This document shows, one piece after another, positions 33,897 to 44,534 of a stretch of 64,000 nucleotides of DNA. The stretch comes from a virus. The DNA is taken from IMG/VR virus record IMGVR_UViG_3300034104_004920, positions 1 to 64,000 of that record. One strand, given 5' to 3'. The notes under the pieces were generated by a model that made no database searches, was not told the DNA's origin, and worked only from the letters and a program-made list of their open reading frames with translations. The position numbers were made by a program, and so were the translations under genes. Within the stretch, counting starts at the first letter, position 1; every line of letters starts with the position of its first letter.

Positions 33897-34258
33897 TGAA
33901 TAAACTCTATGGTATAATTCAAAATAATTATGTTATTACATTTTTGACTTCTGATTCTGTACAAGAGGCTCCGTGGGTAGAATTAAATACCGAGATCTTG
34001 GAAACCAAACCGTCGCCAACAGCTAAGTTTAATTACGACCAACAGGTTTGGGAAACATTAAATGTAGACCTTTTAGTACCTCAATGGTATGTTGTGCGAG
34101 AACAAAGAAATCAGCTTTTACAAGAATCTGATTGGACCCAGCTTCCTGATGTGCCGCTAAGTACGAAGGAAAGCTGGGCAACTTATCGCCAACAATTACG
34201 CGATGTAACGACCCAACCAGATCCATTCAACATAACTTGGCCGACCGCACCGGCCTAA
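33893..34258 (+). CDS. Tail fibre assembly chaperone
   Basis: R.QRN.LL.ESDWTQLPD.P.....W..YRQ.LRD...QP.P.....WP..P. Confidence 0.9.
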   Translation: MMNKLYGIIQNNYVITFLTSDSVQEAPWVELNTEILETKPSPTAKFNYDQQVWETLNVDLLVPQWYVVREQRNQLLQESDWTQLPDVPLSTKESWATYRQQLRDVTTQPDPFNITWPTAPA

Positions 34259-34259
34259 C

Positions 34260-34324
34260 AATAATACCCAGCTTTTGGCTGGGTATTATTTTGACTTGAT
34301 TATACTTATCCTTTGTGATATAAT
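34260..34324 (+). promoter_or_regulatory. Terminator plus promoter for fibre/glycan/lysis operon
   Basis: AATAATACCCAGC/GCTGGGTATTATT stem; TTGATT(34296)-N17-TATAAT(34319). Confidence 0.7.
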
Positions 34325-34368
34325 TGTTACTATAAAAAAGCGCACCTATTTTTAATTAGGAGTTTAAT

Positions 34369-34953
34369 ATGACAGCACCGACCCGATTAAATTTAAAGAT
34401 TTATCAGGGCAGTACCTTTAGGCAAATCTTACGTTGGGAAAGTGCTACAAAGGTATATGCGCCTGTAACCTCTATTACCAACGCAGCACCAATGGTAATC
34501 ACAGCCAATGCTCATGGAGCTCCTCAAGGCTGGAGAGTAAAAGTCAGCAATGTTGGTGGAATGAAAGAAGCCAATAATTTAGACTACGTAATAGCCACTG
34601 GAACGACTACAAATACTGTTACTATAAATAGTGTAAACAGTATTGGTTTCGCTACTTATACTAGCGGAGGCGTATTGGAGTACAATCAGCCCGTTGATTT
34701 AAGTGGTGTAACAGCAAGAATGCAGATCAGACCAAAAGTAGACAGTGACCAAATATTAGACAGTTTGACAACAGAAAATAATAAGATTGTTTTAGATAAC
34801 GTTTTAAAAACTATTACAGTTCAAATAGATGAATCTGTAACTGCGTCGTACTCTTTTAAGAGTGCAGTCTATGATCTAGAAATAGTTAAGAATAACGATG
34901 TTATACCATTTTTAACAGGAACAGTCTTGCTTACTAAAGAGGTAACTAGATGA
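34369..34953 (+). CDS. Putative virion fibre-attachment/collar protein
   Basis: L.IYQGSTF, P.DLSG.TARMQIR and VYDLEI...G.V....EVTR pattern typical of fibre-adjacent structural proteins. Confidence 0.6.
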   Translation: MTAPTRLNLKIYQGSTFRQILRWESATKVYAPVTSITNAAPMVITANAHGAPQGWRVKVSNVGGMKEANNLDYVIATGTTTNTVTINSVNSIGFATYTSGGVLEYNQPVDLSGVTARMQIRPKVDSDQILDSLTTENNKIVLDNVLKTITVQIDESVTASYSFKSAVYDLEIVKNNDVIPFLTGTVLLTKEVTR

Positions 34954-36554
34954 CTACGTACACTACTGTAGAAAATGAAAATGCTCCTAGCTTAGTAGTT
35001 GTCGACGATACCAGAGATATTATTGTTGTTACAACTGGTATTGGGCCTCGCGGAGAAACGGGCCCACAAGGTGAGGCCGGACCTCAAGGTATCCAAGGTA
35101 TTCAGGGTGAAACAGGACCTCAAGGCGAGACCGGACCTCAAGGCGAGACCGGACCTCAAGGCGAGACCGGATCTCAAGGTATCCAAGGTCCTCAAGGTAT
35201 TCAGGGTCCTCAAGGCGAGACCGGATCTCAAGGTATCCAAGGTCCTCAAGGTATCCAAGGTATTCAGGGTGAAACAGGACCTCAAGGTATCCAAGGTATC
35301 CAAGGTGAGACCGGTATGGGATTCACCATAGCCAAAACATATAGCAGTGTGGCATTACTTTTAGCAGACACTAGTCCTGCTAATATTTTAAGTGGGCAAT
35401 TTGCTATTATTGATACAGGGGATCCAAACAATACAGATAATAATAGACTGTATTTATGGAACGGGTTATCGTACTCGTATATAACAGATATCAGTGGTTC
35501 TCAAGGTATTCAAGGCGAAACAGGTCCACAAGGTAGTCAAGGTATCCAGGGTATCCAAGGCGAAACAGGTCCACAAGGTATCCAAGGTATCCAAGGTATC
35601 CAAGGTATCCAAGGTGAGACCGGGCCTCAAGGTACGCAAGGTATCCAAGGCGAAACAGGTCCACAAGGTATTCAGGGCGAAACAGGTCCACAAGGTATTC
35701 AAGGCGAAACAGGTCCAATGCCTTGGAACCTGCCGGCTGCACCATACAACAATGGCATATCATATAATATTGGAGCTGCTGTAACATACAATGGGGGATA
35801 TTATTATAGATCTGGTAATCCATTAAATCCAGGATATCCACCAACACCTGGTTCAATTAATGAATCTTGGACCCCTGTTGCCGATCGCGGTGAAACAGGA
35901 CCTCAGGGTATTCAGGGCATTCAGGGAGAAACAGGTCCTCAAGGTATTCAGGGTCCTCAAGGTGAAACAGGACCTCAGGGTATTCAGGGCATTCAGGGAG
36001 AAACAGGTCCTCAAGGTATTCAGGGTCCTCAAGGCGAAACAGGGCCTCAGGGTCCTCAAGGTATTCAGGGTCCTCAAGGCGAAACAGGCGACATAGACCT
36101 TTTAGAAGTATACAGCGACATACTACCAGGAATAGCATCAATATACGATATAGGAAATCAAGATTTTCCGTGGTATAGTGCATATTTTCATGATAGTATA
36201 AATATTGGTACAAATAAGCTATATGACTTACCTGATGATGCTTTAGCCATATACAGCAGTTCTATAGTAACGAATGCCGACGTAATTGCAAATTCATTGC
36301 TTTTAGACGAGCTTTTTATAAATCAAAATATAATTACGCCATTAAAAACGCCACTATACGGCGAGCCTACTTTAATTATACAAGGCAGCTTGGATGTGGT
36401 AGGAGATTGGTTAAAAATACCAAACAGCAGCAAAAAAATAGAACAACCGCAGAGCGGGCAGCTAAGAAGCAACACACAAAGTTATTCGTATAAAAAAATG
36501 AGTACGGGTACTTTTTTTACTTTATCAAATTCAGAACAATACTATTTGCAATAA
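34950..36554 (+). CDS. Collagen-like (Gly-X-Y) fibre protein
   Basis: Three GPQ/GIQ/GET triplet blocks separated by small globular domains. Confidence 0.9.
   Translation: MTTYTTVENENAPSLVVVDDTRDIIVVTTGIGPRGETGPQGEAGPQGIQGIQGETGPQGETGPQGETGPQGETGSQGIQGPQGIQGPQGETGSQGIQGPQGIQGIQGETGPQGIQGIQGETGMGFTIAKTYSSVALLLADTSPANILSGQFAIIDTGDPNNTDNNRLYLWNGLSYSYITDISGSQGIQGETGPQGSQGIQGIQGETGPQGIQGIQGIQGIQGETGPQGTQGIQGETGPQGIQGETGPQGIQGETGPMPWNLPAAPYNNGISYNIGAAVTYNGGYYYRSGNPLNPGYPPTPGSINESWTPVADRGETGPQGIQGIQGETGPQGIQGPQGETGPQGIQGIQGETGPQGIQGPQGETGPQGPQGIQGPQGETGDIDLLEVYSDILPGIASIYDIGNQDFPWYSAYFHDSINIGTNKLYDLPDDALAIYSSSIVTNADVIANSLLLDELFINQNIITPLKTPLYGEPTLIIQGSLDVVGDWLKIPNSSKKIEQPQSGQLRSNTQSYSYKKMSTGTFFTLSNSEQYYLQ
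35042..36090 (+). repeat. 9/18-bp tandem coding repeats underlying the collagen blocks
   Basis: caaggtatc, caaggcgagaccggacct and related units. Confidence 0.9.
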
Positions 36555-36566
36555 GGACATGTCACA

Positions 36567-38111
36567 ATGCCATACGTCAATTTTTTAAGTACAGACAATG
36601 ATTGTGGAAATCCGGCTAGTAGTATAATGTATACCGAAGGATTTGGTGCAACACATATTACAGCCGGTTCTTTGTCATTTCAGGGGACCACAGGAACATC
36701 TTCTGCGGGAAACTTTACAGTTTCCAGAGCCTATAAAAATATTTATAGATGGAGAGCTAGCTATTTATTAGTTGAACTAGATTACTACTTTAAGTTTGGA
36801 GCAAGAGAATATAATAACTTTTTATTGTTAGGAAATGGTTACGTATTGTTTGGCGGTATTGAATTACTTACAAGTTTTGCCGATTATTTAGAACAAAATG
36901 CAGGCCAAAGTGACTACAGTGCTGAATCTTTTTCTAACACTGCTGGAACTGCTTATAACATTAAAAATAATGAGTACGCATTATTTGCACCAACTTTGAG
37001 TAGTATTACCCTAAGTCAGTACGATAATTATGATTCTCCATATCCTTACTATGTAGAACTAGCTGAATATACAGGAGTAAAAAGAAAATTAAAATTACGT
37101 TGGATTGGACAAAACGGCGGCTATAATACTAATTTTCCAACCCCTTACCAGTATAATAATGCGCCTAACGATGGCGAATATTCAAGTGATGCGAATTTAG
37201 TTGTAACGTATGAATTTTCCGAAAACGACGCAGTAAAATTAAGCCTAGATCAAAATGAATATGGTACCGCTAACAATAGCAGTGTGTATTACCTAACAGG
37301 CAGACCGCTTGGATATTTTAACAATGATTTTACAGCTATAGAATCTGGTGAGATTTATAAAAATAAAAATAGTGGTGTACAAAATACTAGTTTCTTAGAC
37401 AGTAGTGAATACACATATTCACAAAATTATAGCAGTGTACCCGCTAACAGAGTTTGGACTTTTAGTGGCACACCGATTCAAGAATTACTAGAAACTATAG
37501 AGCATACAAAAGTAGAAGTTTATGGTTTTGGAAAGAATTCCGCTTGGTCAGAGCTTTCTGTAGGTGGGGCTGCTTACAATATATTTCCATATGATAAAAC
37601 CAACACAAAAAAATTTGCAACGGCACCCTTATCAGACTTAACAGAAAGAGAAGTAACGGGCAATTATATACTAGATATAGATATGTCTAGTTATACTAGT
37701 AATAAACCTTTAGTTATATCTATTCCTGAATTACCCAACCTAGTTACCGGCCAAGGAAGTTCTAATATTAGATTTAATTTTAAAAATCTAGATTTACCAA
37801 AGCATTCTGGTATTGTGGTAAAGTGTATTGTAAAATACAATGGCGGTAATTTAAGAGTCTACTTACCCTATATTAATGGATATAATCCTTTAATACCCGA
37901 TTCTTCAACCTATGATGGTATGACGAATCAATATAGTAGCGCTTATGTAAGCATATCTTCTTCGGTACTAAATTACACTAGACTATTGGAGTTTTACATT
38001 GAAAATGTAGGTGGTATAGAGATAACAGACTACTATAACGTGTCGTATAAGTTTCCAGACGATAATAGTTACAAAGTAAGTTTTTTTGCTCCTGATTATG
38101 TAATTGTATAA
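36567..38111 (+). CDS. Hypothetical Tyr/Asn/Ser-rich protein, possibly virion fibre component
   Basis: 514-aa ORF after the collagen gene; no motif recognised. Confidence 0.6.
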   Translation: MPYVNFLSTDNDCGNPASSIMYTEGFGATHITAGSLSFQGTTGTSSAGNFTVSRAYKNIYRWRASYLLVELDYYFKFGAREYNNFLLLGNGYVLFGGIELLTSFADYLEQNAGQSDYSAESFSNTAGTAYNIKNNEYALFAPTLSSITLSQYDNYDSPYPYYVELAEYTGVKRKLKLRWIGQNGGYNTNFPTPYQYNNAPNDGEYSSDANLVVTYEFSENDAVKLSLDQNEYGTANNSSVYYLTGRPLGYFNNDFTAIESGEIYKNKNSGVQNTSFLDSSEYTYSQNYSSVPANRVWTFSGTPIQELLETIEHTKVEVYGFGKNSAWSELSVGGAAYNIFPYDKTNTKKFATAPLSDLTEREVTGNYILDIDMSSYTSNKPLVISIPELPNLVTGQGSSNIRFNFKNLDLPKHSGIVVKCIVKYNGGNLRVYLPYINGYNPLIPDSSTYDGMTNQYSSAYVSISSSVLNYTRLLEFYIENVGGIEITDYYNVSYKFPDDNSYKVSFFAPDYVIV

Positions 38112-38120
38112 GGTTTTATT

Positions 38121-38756
38121 ATGGAATTATACGCAAAACTAAATAATAGGCAAGAAGTTATTCAATTTCCAGTTTTATTGCCTTATAAACTGGAAGCCGG
38201 ACTTGCTAGGTATAATAATCTAGTATTAGTTAGTCAAGATGATAAACCAGAATACGTAGACTGGAAAAAACAATCTGTCCCAGTAGGTTTAAAAAAATCA
38301 ATAGACTTTAAAAATCCAAAAAACTTTTTTAAAGCCGTTTATGAAGTAAAATCGGTTGTAGATAATACAACCGATTTTAAAACAAAACAAAATAAATTTT
38401 TAGAAGTTTACAATGAGTATAAAAATACAAACTACAAAGTATTTCAGCAAAAAGTAAAAGATCTAACAGGTGACTATAAGCAGGAAGAGTTTGATACTTG
38501 GGACCAACAATTGGCTGAGGCAAAAGCCTATATAAGTACTAAAGAAGAAGGATTGCTATTAAAGAATATAAGCAATGAAAGAGGCATTTCATTACAAAAT
38601 TTAGTAGATAAAATAATATCTAAATCTAATTCTTATAATTCTACTTATGGAAAATTATTGGGAAAATATAGAAAAAACCAAGAAATACTAGACTCAATTG
38701 ACTTAAAAAATGAAGCTACTTGGGACGGAGTAAACAACTATAATTGGAATTTATGA
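38121..38756 (+). CDS. Putative tail-fibre assembly-type protein
   Basis: C-terminal E.DTW..Q..EA.AY....LL..I...RGI....LV.KI..K. Confidence 0.6.
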   Translation: MELYAKLNNRQEVIQFPVLLPYKLEAGLARYNNLVLVSQDDKPEYVDWKKQSVPVGLKKSIDFKNPKNFFKAVYEVKSVVDNTTDFKTKQNKFLEVYNEYKNTNYKVFQQKVKDLTGDYKQEEFDTWDQQLAEAKAYISTKEEGLLLKNISNERGISLQNLVDKIISKSNSYNSTYGKLLGKYRKNQEILDSIDLKNEATWDGVNNYNWNL

Positions 38757-40306
38757 TACCTAAACAAATTTGGCAAACTTGGAAAAGTTTAAAACTACCA
38801 GAAGAATTAGAATCTTATGTTAACGGCTGGAAGACTTTAAATAAAGACTACAAACATACTATATCAACAGATATAGTATGTAGACAATTAGTTCTGCAGC
38901 ACTTCGGCCAGAGTGTGGTAGAACTGTACGACAGTCTACCACAATCTATAATGAGAGCTGATTTTTGGAGAATTTTAGTTTTATATATAAACGGCGGAAT
39001 TTACTGCGATCTTGACTTAGAAGCTAAAAAACCAATAGAAGATATTATTAATATAAATTGTGATTTAATAGTCGTTAAAGATTTGGATAATATTGTAAAT
39101 TTCTTTATAGCAGCTACCCCAAAACATCCGGTATTAAAAATTTGCATAGATTATATGCTAGAAGAAGCTAATAGCATACTAGCGTTAGATACGCAGAGTT
39201 TTGGGATGCACAGCTTACACAGAGCTTTCAGAGAATACTATAAAGTAATAGGAACAAACTATCCAAATAATAATGAAGTACAAACCTTGGATGTAAAACA
39301 CTTAGAGCAGAAGAATGTACTTATACACCATGCAATAAGTGGTAATCCTAGTACGTATGATTATACCAGTTGGAGAGATAGCAATAATTTAATGTTAAAA
39401 AATAGAAGTCTCTCTAAAGATATATTATTTTTTACAACATTTAATAAGTCAGGATTTGATCTTTATGGTCAAAGCTGGATTAAATCTTTTACACAAATAT
39501 CCAACTATTACCCAAGCATAAAAGCAAAAATATATTACGAAGGCCCAAGTCTGCCTAATATAAGACATCCTAATTTAGAATGGGTTAATTTTAACACTGC
39601 TATACCACACCATAAAACTTGGAAAGCTGATTTTTTAATTAAATCTAAGCATGAAGAATATGTAAAAACAATGACAGTTAAATTCAGTCATAAAAGTTTT
39701 GTAATACAACACGTATTAGATACCTGTAAAAACAATTATCTAATTTGGTTAGATGGTGATTGTATTTTTTTACCTAGTGATTACACTAATTTTCCTACAA
39801 ATATTTTGAATAATAAATTTTTAGCTTGTCAAGTGGAGGAAAATTGGGATTTAGATCACATAGAAAGTGGTATTCTTATTTTTGATACTACAAATGAAAA
39901 TACTAAAAAATTTAATGAAATTTTTAAAAATAATTATGTACCACAAACTTTAGTTATAATGGGCCAGCCATATGATGGATTTGTAATAAGTAAAACACTT
40001 ATAAATCTAAATGCAGAATATGTTAATTTAAACAGTAATTATGGTTTGGGCGGCATACAGAGTGACCCATCAAGAACCTTTCAAAATCCAGAATTAAAGT
40101 CAAAATTTATACATAATATAGGATGGACTGGTAAAAATAAGTACGAGTCTTGGGAAAGAGTTTTTAATAATGATCCGGTGTACACTACTATTAAAAAATT
40201 TCTATTTGGAGGCAGTGAGTCAAAGAAAGAAAAACTTACTAATCATGTAGAAAAGTTGAAAAATCTACGGGAAAAAAGAGATCTGTTCATAAAACAAAAT
40301 GGATAA
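38753..40306 (+). CDS. Two-domain glycosyltransferase (N-terminal GT32/OCH1-like DXD + second GT-A domain)
   Basis: IPKQIWQTW, RADFWR..LY..GGIYCDLD; second domain FSHKSF, WLDGD, ESG. Confidence 0.85.
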   Translation: MIPKQIWQTWKSLKLPEELESYVNGWKTLNKDYKHTISTDIVCRQLVLQHFGQSVVELYDSLPQSIMRADFWRILVLYINGGIYCDLDLEAKKPIEDIININCDLIVVKDLDNIVNFFIAATPKHPVLKICIDYMLEEANSILALDTQSFGMHSLHRAFREYYKVIGTNYPNNNEVQTLDVKHLEQKNVLIHHAISGNPSTYDYTSWRDSNNLMLKNRSLSKDILFFTTFNKSGFDLYGQSWIKSFTQISNYYPSIKAKIYYEGPSLPNIRHPNLEWVNFNTAIPHHKTWKADFLIKSKHEEYVKTMTVKFSHKSFVIQHVLDTCKNNYLIWLDGDCIFLPSDYTNFPTNILNNKFLACQVEENWDLDHIESGILIFDTTNENTKKFNEIFKNNYVPQTLVIMGQPYDGFVISKTLINLNAEYVNLNSNYGLGGIQSDPSRTFQNPELKSKFIHNIGWTGKNKYESWERVFNNDPVYTTIKKFLFGGSESKKEKLTNHVEKLKNLREKRDLFIKQNG

Positions 40307-40994
40307 AAATATTTTTCAAATACTTATATGCGACGAACCAGCCTCTAATGATTTCAAATATTCTTTAAAACAAAAAATTACTGATGTTTATAGTAATTAT
40401 AACTACAACCTCTACGATAATGAGGCTATAAGAAATTTTTTATATTCCTTCGACAAAGATATACTTAATGCATATGATAATTTATTACCTTATGCATTTA
40501 AGGCTGACTTGGCCAGATATTGTTTACTTTATGAATTTGGTGGTTGGTATTTTGATATATCTGTTTTTCCAATTTTTAAATATACTACAAATAAAACAGG
40601 TCTTGTATTTTTTAACACATTTTTTAAGATATTAGAAAATAGTATCATGTATTTTCAATCAAAACATGTACTGCTGGAAAAAACAATACGTATTTCCGTT
40701 GAAAATATTAATAATAAAAACTATGGCACTAGTCCTATAGATATAACTGGTCCTCTAGTATTGACTTCAGCATTTAATTCTTTAGGTGCTGCTTCAAAAA
40801 GAAGTATTGAATACGGGTTATTTAATCTAGCTGATAAAAATGACATTTCTTCTAATAGACGGTACGACATAAAGAAAAAAAGATTTTCTAACTATAAAGA
40901 TTATAAAAATGTTAGTGATATATCGTACTTAGGACTATCTGGAACAAACAATTATGTAGATATGTGGAAAGAGAAGAGTGTATACAGACAATAA
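40299..40994 (+). CDS. GT32-like glycosyltransferase
   Basis: AFKADLARYCLLY..GGWYFD, ITGP. Confidence 0.85.
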   Translation: MDKNIFQILICDEPASNDFKYSLKQKITDVYSNYNYNLYDNEAIRNFLYSFDKDILNAYDNLLPYAFKADLARYCLLYEFGGWYFDISVFPIFKYTTNKTGLVFFNTFFKILENSIMYFQSKHVLLEKTIRISVENINNKNYGTSPIDITGPLVLTSAFNSLGAASKRSIEYGLFNLADKNDISSNRRYDIKKKRFSNYKDYKNVSDISYLGLSGTNNYVDMWKEKSVYRQ

Positions 40995-41841
40995 AATAAT
41001 ACCATCAACCTTAAATCCTAGAGTAGAGGATGAAAAGTTTCAAAAAATACCAAAAATCATATATCAGACGTTTAAATCAAATATAGTAAGTGATAAAATA
41101 TATGAAGGTATTGAATCTTATATAAGTTTAAATCCTGATTATAGATACGAATTCTATGATGACGACAGGATGTGTAGTTATATAGATTCATATAATTGTA
41201 GTGATTTTAATTTTAATTTGGAAGAATTAAAAAAGGCATTTTACAACATAGTTCCACCTGCCGGCAAAGCGGATATTTGGCGATATTTAATCATATATGA
41301 GAATGGTGGCATATACACAGATATTGATAGTAAATGTATAAAACCATTTTCATCATACATTAATCCAGATGATGATATAGTTACATGTTTAACAGGAATT
41401 GCTCATAATTACGACAATCCTACTGTAGTATGGAGACATTTATTTCCGCAATGGTTTTTGATTTATTCACCAAAATGTTCTATACTAAAGGAAATAATAG
41501 AAGAATGCGTAAAAGCAGTAAATACAAAAATTCCAGTGCCTAACTCAGAAGACTGCAAAAATATGTTGGAAAGATACACTGGTGTTTGTTTATCAAATTA
41601 TGTGTACAGAAAGCTATTTAATTTTAAAGATAAAGATAAAGAGGCAAGATTGCAGCCAAGAGTATACAGCATAAAACATAGTAAAAACAAATATAATTTA
41701 GCTATACACGACAGTTTACCAGATATTTTTAACACAGCACTTATCAGTAAAAATTTCGAAAGATTCGAAGATTATAAAAAGGAATTATTAACAAATAATT
41801 CCAATCATTGGTTGAGCTATGATTCAATATTTAAAAGTTGA
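40978..41841 (+). CDS. GT32-like glycosyltransferase
   Basis: IPKIIYQT, KADIWRYLIIY..GGIYTDID, YTG. Confidence 0.88.
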   Translation: MYTDNKIIPSTLNPRVEDEKFQKIPKIIYQTFKSNIVSDKIYEGIESYISLNPDYRYEFYDDDRMCSYIDSYNCSDFNFNLEELKKAFYNIVPPAGKADIWRYLIIYENGGIYTDIDSKCIKPFSSYINPDDDIVTCLTGIAHNYDNPTVVWRHLFPQWFLIYSPKCSILKEIIEECVKAVNTKIPVPNSEDCKNMLERYTGVCLSNYVYRKLFNFKDKDKEARLQPRVYSIKHSKNKYNLAIHDSLPDIFNTALISKNFERFEDYKKELLTNNSNHWLSYDSIFKS

Positions 41842-41847
41842 CTTTTA

Positions 41848-42354
41848 ATGATTAATCTTGATAAAAAATATACGGAATATATTTTAAATAAAACAGATAT
41901 ATTCCAATATATTCATCCAAATGCGGTATCAGTTTTAGGTTTATTTACTGATTTTTTTATTTTGTACTTTATAAGCTCACATAACATTGTACTAGCAGGC
42001 ATAGCAATTTTTATAAGATATTCCTGCGATACATTGGATGGTGGCATAGCAAGAAAATATAAGAAGGTAAGCGATCTAGGTGGGGCCTTAGATACTATTG
42101 CAGATAATACGCTTATATTTGTATTATCTTATTCTATATTGAAATTATACGGCAGTAATTACTCGTTATTAGTATCAGGCATAATAGTGGCTGCAAACCT
42201 GCTGTATATGTACAGAAAAAAAGCTTTGTTACATCATGAGCATTTGCATGATTCACGTAGTCTATGTGCTAAGATTTATACCTTTGGTATGAATAATACT
42301 TGTATACTGTATGCTTTTATATACTTATGGATAGTTGCACTGATATGCTTTTAA
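41848..42354 (+). CDS. CDP-alcohol phosphotransferase family membrane protein
   Basis: HPN..S, signature DTLDGGIARKY..VS.LG..LD..AD. Confidence 0.9.
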   Translation: MINLDKKYTEYILNKTDIFQYIHPNAVSVLGLFTDFFILYFISSHNIVLAGIAIFIRYSCDTLDGGIARKYKKVSDLGGALDTIADNTLIFVLSYSILKLYGSNYSLLVSGIIVAANLLYMYRKKALLHHEHLHDSRSLCAKIYTFGMNNTCILYAFIYLWIVALICF

Positions 42355-43064
42355 ATAAAAAAATAATAATTTGTGCTGGAGGAGATGGAGGACCAAAGTG
42401 GAATAGACATTTAGGCATTTCAAAACACATGATTACAGCATATGGTGAAGCTCTAGTTCACAGAATCCAACGACAGTTATTAGAATCTGGATTCAACAAT
42501 ATATATGTAGCTTGCTCTTACGAATACAAAGACACCTATCTATTAAAACATATAAAATATATAGAATCGCCAAAATTATCTGGTGACTTAGGCGACTACT
42601 CATGTGTTTGGCATTATAAAAAATTTTTAGATGTTTATTCTACAACTGTTATATTATTTGCAGATGTTTATTACACAGATGAATTTATAAACGTTCTAAA
42701 GCATGATTCAGGCAATCATTTTAAAATATATGGTAGAAGCGATGCTTCTCATATAACTAAAAATTGGAGGCAAGGAGAACCATTTGCCATAATTTTAAGT
42801 AGTAATGCTGTTAAAAAATACTTTAAATCTTTGAAAGAAGTAATGCTGGTTCTTCCAGATTTTATACAAAAAGGTAAAGCTATACGAGAAGATATAGGAA
42901 AATATACTTATAGAAAATTTGTTGGTATACCATATGAAGCGCCAGGTAATGTAACCGAAGACACACATTGGCACGAATGGAACGATTTAACGGATGATTT
43001 TGATGATCCAAACGATTGGAAAATAAAATCTGAATTGTTTCCTAATATATTCTACATAAAATGA
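42345..43064 (+). CDS. Sugar/alcohol-phosphate nucleotidyltransferase (NTP_transferase fold)
   Basis: IIICAGG.G..W......KHM....GE.L..R, LFADVYY, DDFD.P.D. Confidence 0.7.
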   Translation: MLLNKKIIICAGGDGGPKWNRHLGISKHMITAYGEALVHRIQRQLLESGFNNIYVACSYEYKDTYLLKHIKYIESPKLSGDLGDYSCVWHYKKFLDVYSTTVILFADVYYTDEFINVLKHDSGNHFKIYGRSDASHITKNWRQGEPFAIILSSNAVKKYFKSLKEVMLVLPDFIQKGKAIREDIGKYTYRKFVGIPYEAPGNVTEDTHWHEWNDLTDDFDDPNDWKIKSELFPNIFYIK

Positions 43065-43741
43065 CTCTTGGAAATGTACTATTTTTAGGCAGATATAACT
43101 GTGAAGTCAGCAATAGTGCTATGCGCTATTTACAAAAACACTGTAATAAACTTGATGTAATATGGTCGAAGGATATGTCAGAGAGGTTGCCTGAATTTGT
43201 AAATAATTGGGAAGGCGATTACATTGTATCTTTTATGAGTTTTTTCATCTTGCCAAAGTCTTTGTTGAATAAAGCAAAAAAAGATGCTATAAATTTTCAC
43301 CCAGGACCGCCAAAGTATCGTGGCAGAGGGGCGGCTTCTTTTGCTATATACAATGACGACAGTATATTTGGTGTTACCGCGCATCTTATAGACGAATTAA
43401 TAGACAATGGAAAGATAGTTGCTGTACTAGAGTTTTCCATAGAAGAAGGCGATACTGTTGAAACAATAGTTTACAAGAGTAGAGAGGCTTTGTATGAATT
43501 ATTTACCCTAGTGATTGATAGTATATTATTAGATGGTAATTATATACAAAAATCAATTAATAGTTGTATATATCAGTGGAGTGGTAAACTTAGGTCTATT
43601 AAAGAAATAGATAGTTTACGAAAAATTAAACTAGATATTACAAAAAATGAATTGGATAAAATAATAAAAGCCACAGCTATAGGTACTACTGTACCATACA
43701 TAGAACTATATGGACATAAGTTTGTATTTAGAGAGACGTGA
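43061..43741 (+). CDS. Formyltransferase (sugar N-formyltransferase/Fmt-like)
   Basis: INFHPGPPKYRG, GVTAH.IDE.ID.G.I. Confidence 0.88.
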   Translation: MTLGNVLFLGRYNCEVSNSAMRYLQKHCNKLDVIWSKDMSERLPEFVNNWEGDYIVSFMSFFILPKSLLNKAKKDAINFHPGPPKYRGRGAASFAIYNDDSIFGVTAHLIDELIDNGKIVAVLEFSIEEGDTVETIVYKSREALYELFTLVIDSILLDGNYIQKSINSCIYQWSGKLRSIKEIDSLRKIKLDITKNELDKIIKATAIGTTVPYIELYGHKFVFRET

Positions 43742-43744
43742 TAT

Positions 43745-44518
43745 ATGGTAAAAGATATCGTTATTGTAACTGGTGGATTTGATCCAATACATTCAGGACA
43801 TATTGCTTATATTCAGGATGCTTCTACCTACGGAAAAGTAGTTGTTGGTGTTAATAGCGACAATTGGCTTGTACGAAAAAAAGGTAAAGTATTTATGCCG
43901 TTTCAAGAGCGTGCAGCTGTAGTACAGAGTATGAGAAATGTTATGTCTGTTATTGACTTCGATGACTCAGACAATTCAGCCTGTGATGCTATTAACAAAG
44001 TACGAAAAATGTACCCACATAACAAAATATTATTTGTGAATGGTGGTGATCGCACAGCAGAAAATATTCCTGAAATGCGCGTTAATGATACCAATTTAGA
44101 ATTTATATTTGGAGTTGGTGGTACAAACAAGTTGAATAGTAGCAGCTGGATACTTAAAGAATGGCAAAAGCCTTTAAAGTTTTCAAAGCCTTGGGGTTAC
44201 TACACTGTTTTAGACGAAACTAATGCGCATGTAAAAGTAAAAAAATTACATGTTATTCCAAAAGCATCTCTTAGTATGCAGAGACATTTTAAAAGAAATG
44301 AACTTTGGTTTGTAGCAAACGGAGTAGCGTCGCTAGAACTTTTAGACCAAGATAAAAATAAATATACTCTAACATACAATAAGTATGACCGTATAGATAT
44401 TCCTTTAAACAGTTGGCATAGACTGCATAATGAATCAGAGGATATATTAGAAGTAATAGAAGTACAATACGGCTTGGAATGTTCCGAGGAGGATATAGAA
44501 CGAATCTATGCTTTATAA
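43745..44518 (+). CDS. Cytidylyltransferase (HxGH; TagD/RfaE-like) fused to mannose-6-phosphate isomerase-type cupin
   Basis: GGFDPIHSGH, NSD.WL.RKKG, NGGDR; C-terminal KPWG.Y, LSMQRH..R.E.W, IEVQYG....EEDIER. Confidence 0.9.
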   Translation: MVKDIVIVTGGFDPIHSGHIAYIQDASTYGKVVVGVNSDNWLVRKKGKVFMPFQERAAVVQSMRNVMSVIDFDDSDNSACDAINKVRKMYPHNKILFVNGGDRTAENIPEMRVNDTNLEFIFGVGGTNKLNSSSWILKEWQKPLKFSKPWGYYTVLDETNAHVKVKKLHVIPKASLSMQRHFKRNELWFVANGVASLELLDQDKNKYTLTYNKYDRIDIPLNSWHRLHNESEDILEVIEVQYGLECSEEDIERIYAL

Positions 44519-44534
44519 ATAAAGGAGTCCCAAT

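Noticed and set aside
34992-36213. Repetitive alternative-frame ORFs over the collagen gene
   Set aside because: They are artefacts of 9/18-bp tandem repeats that lack stop codons.
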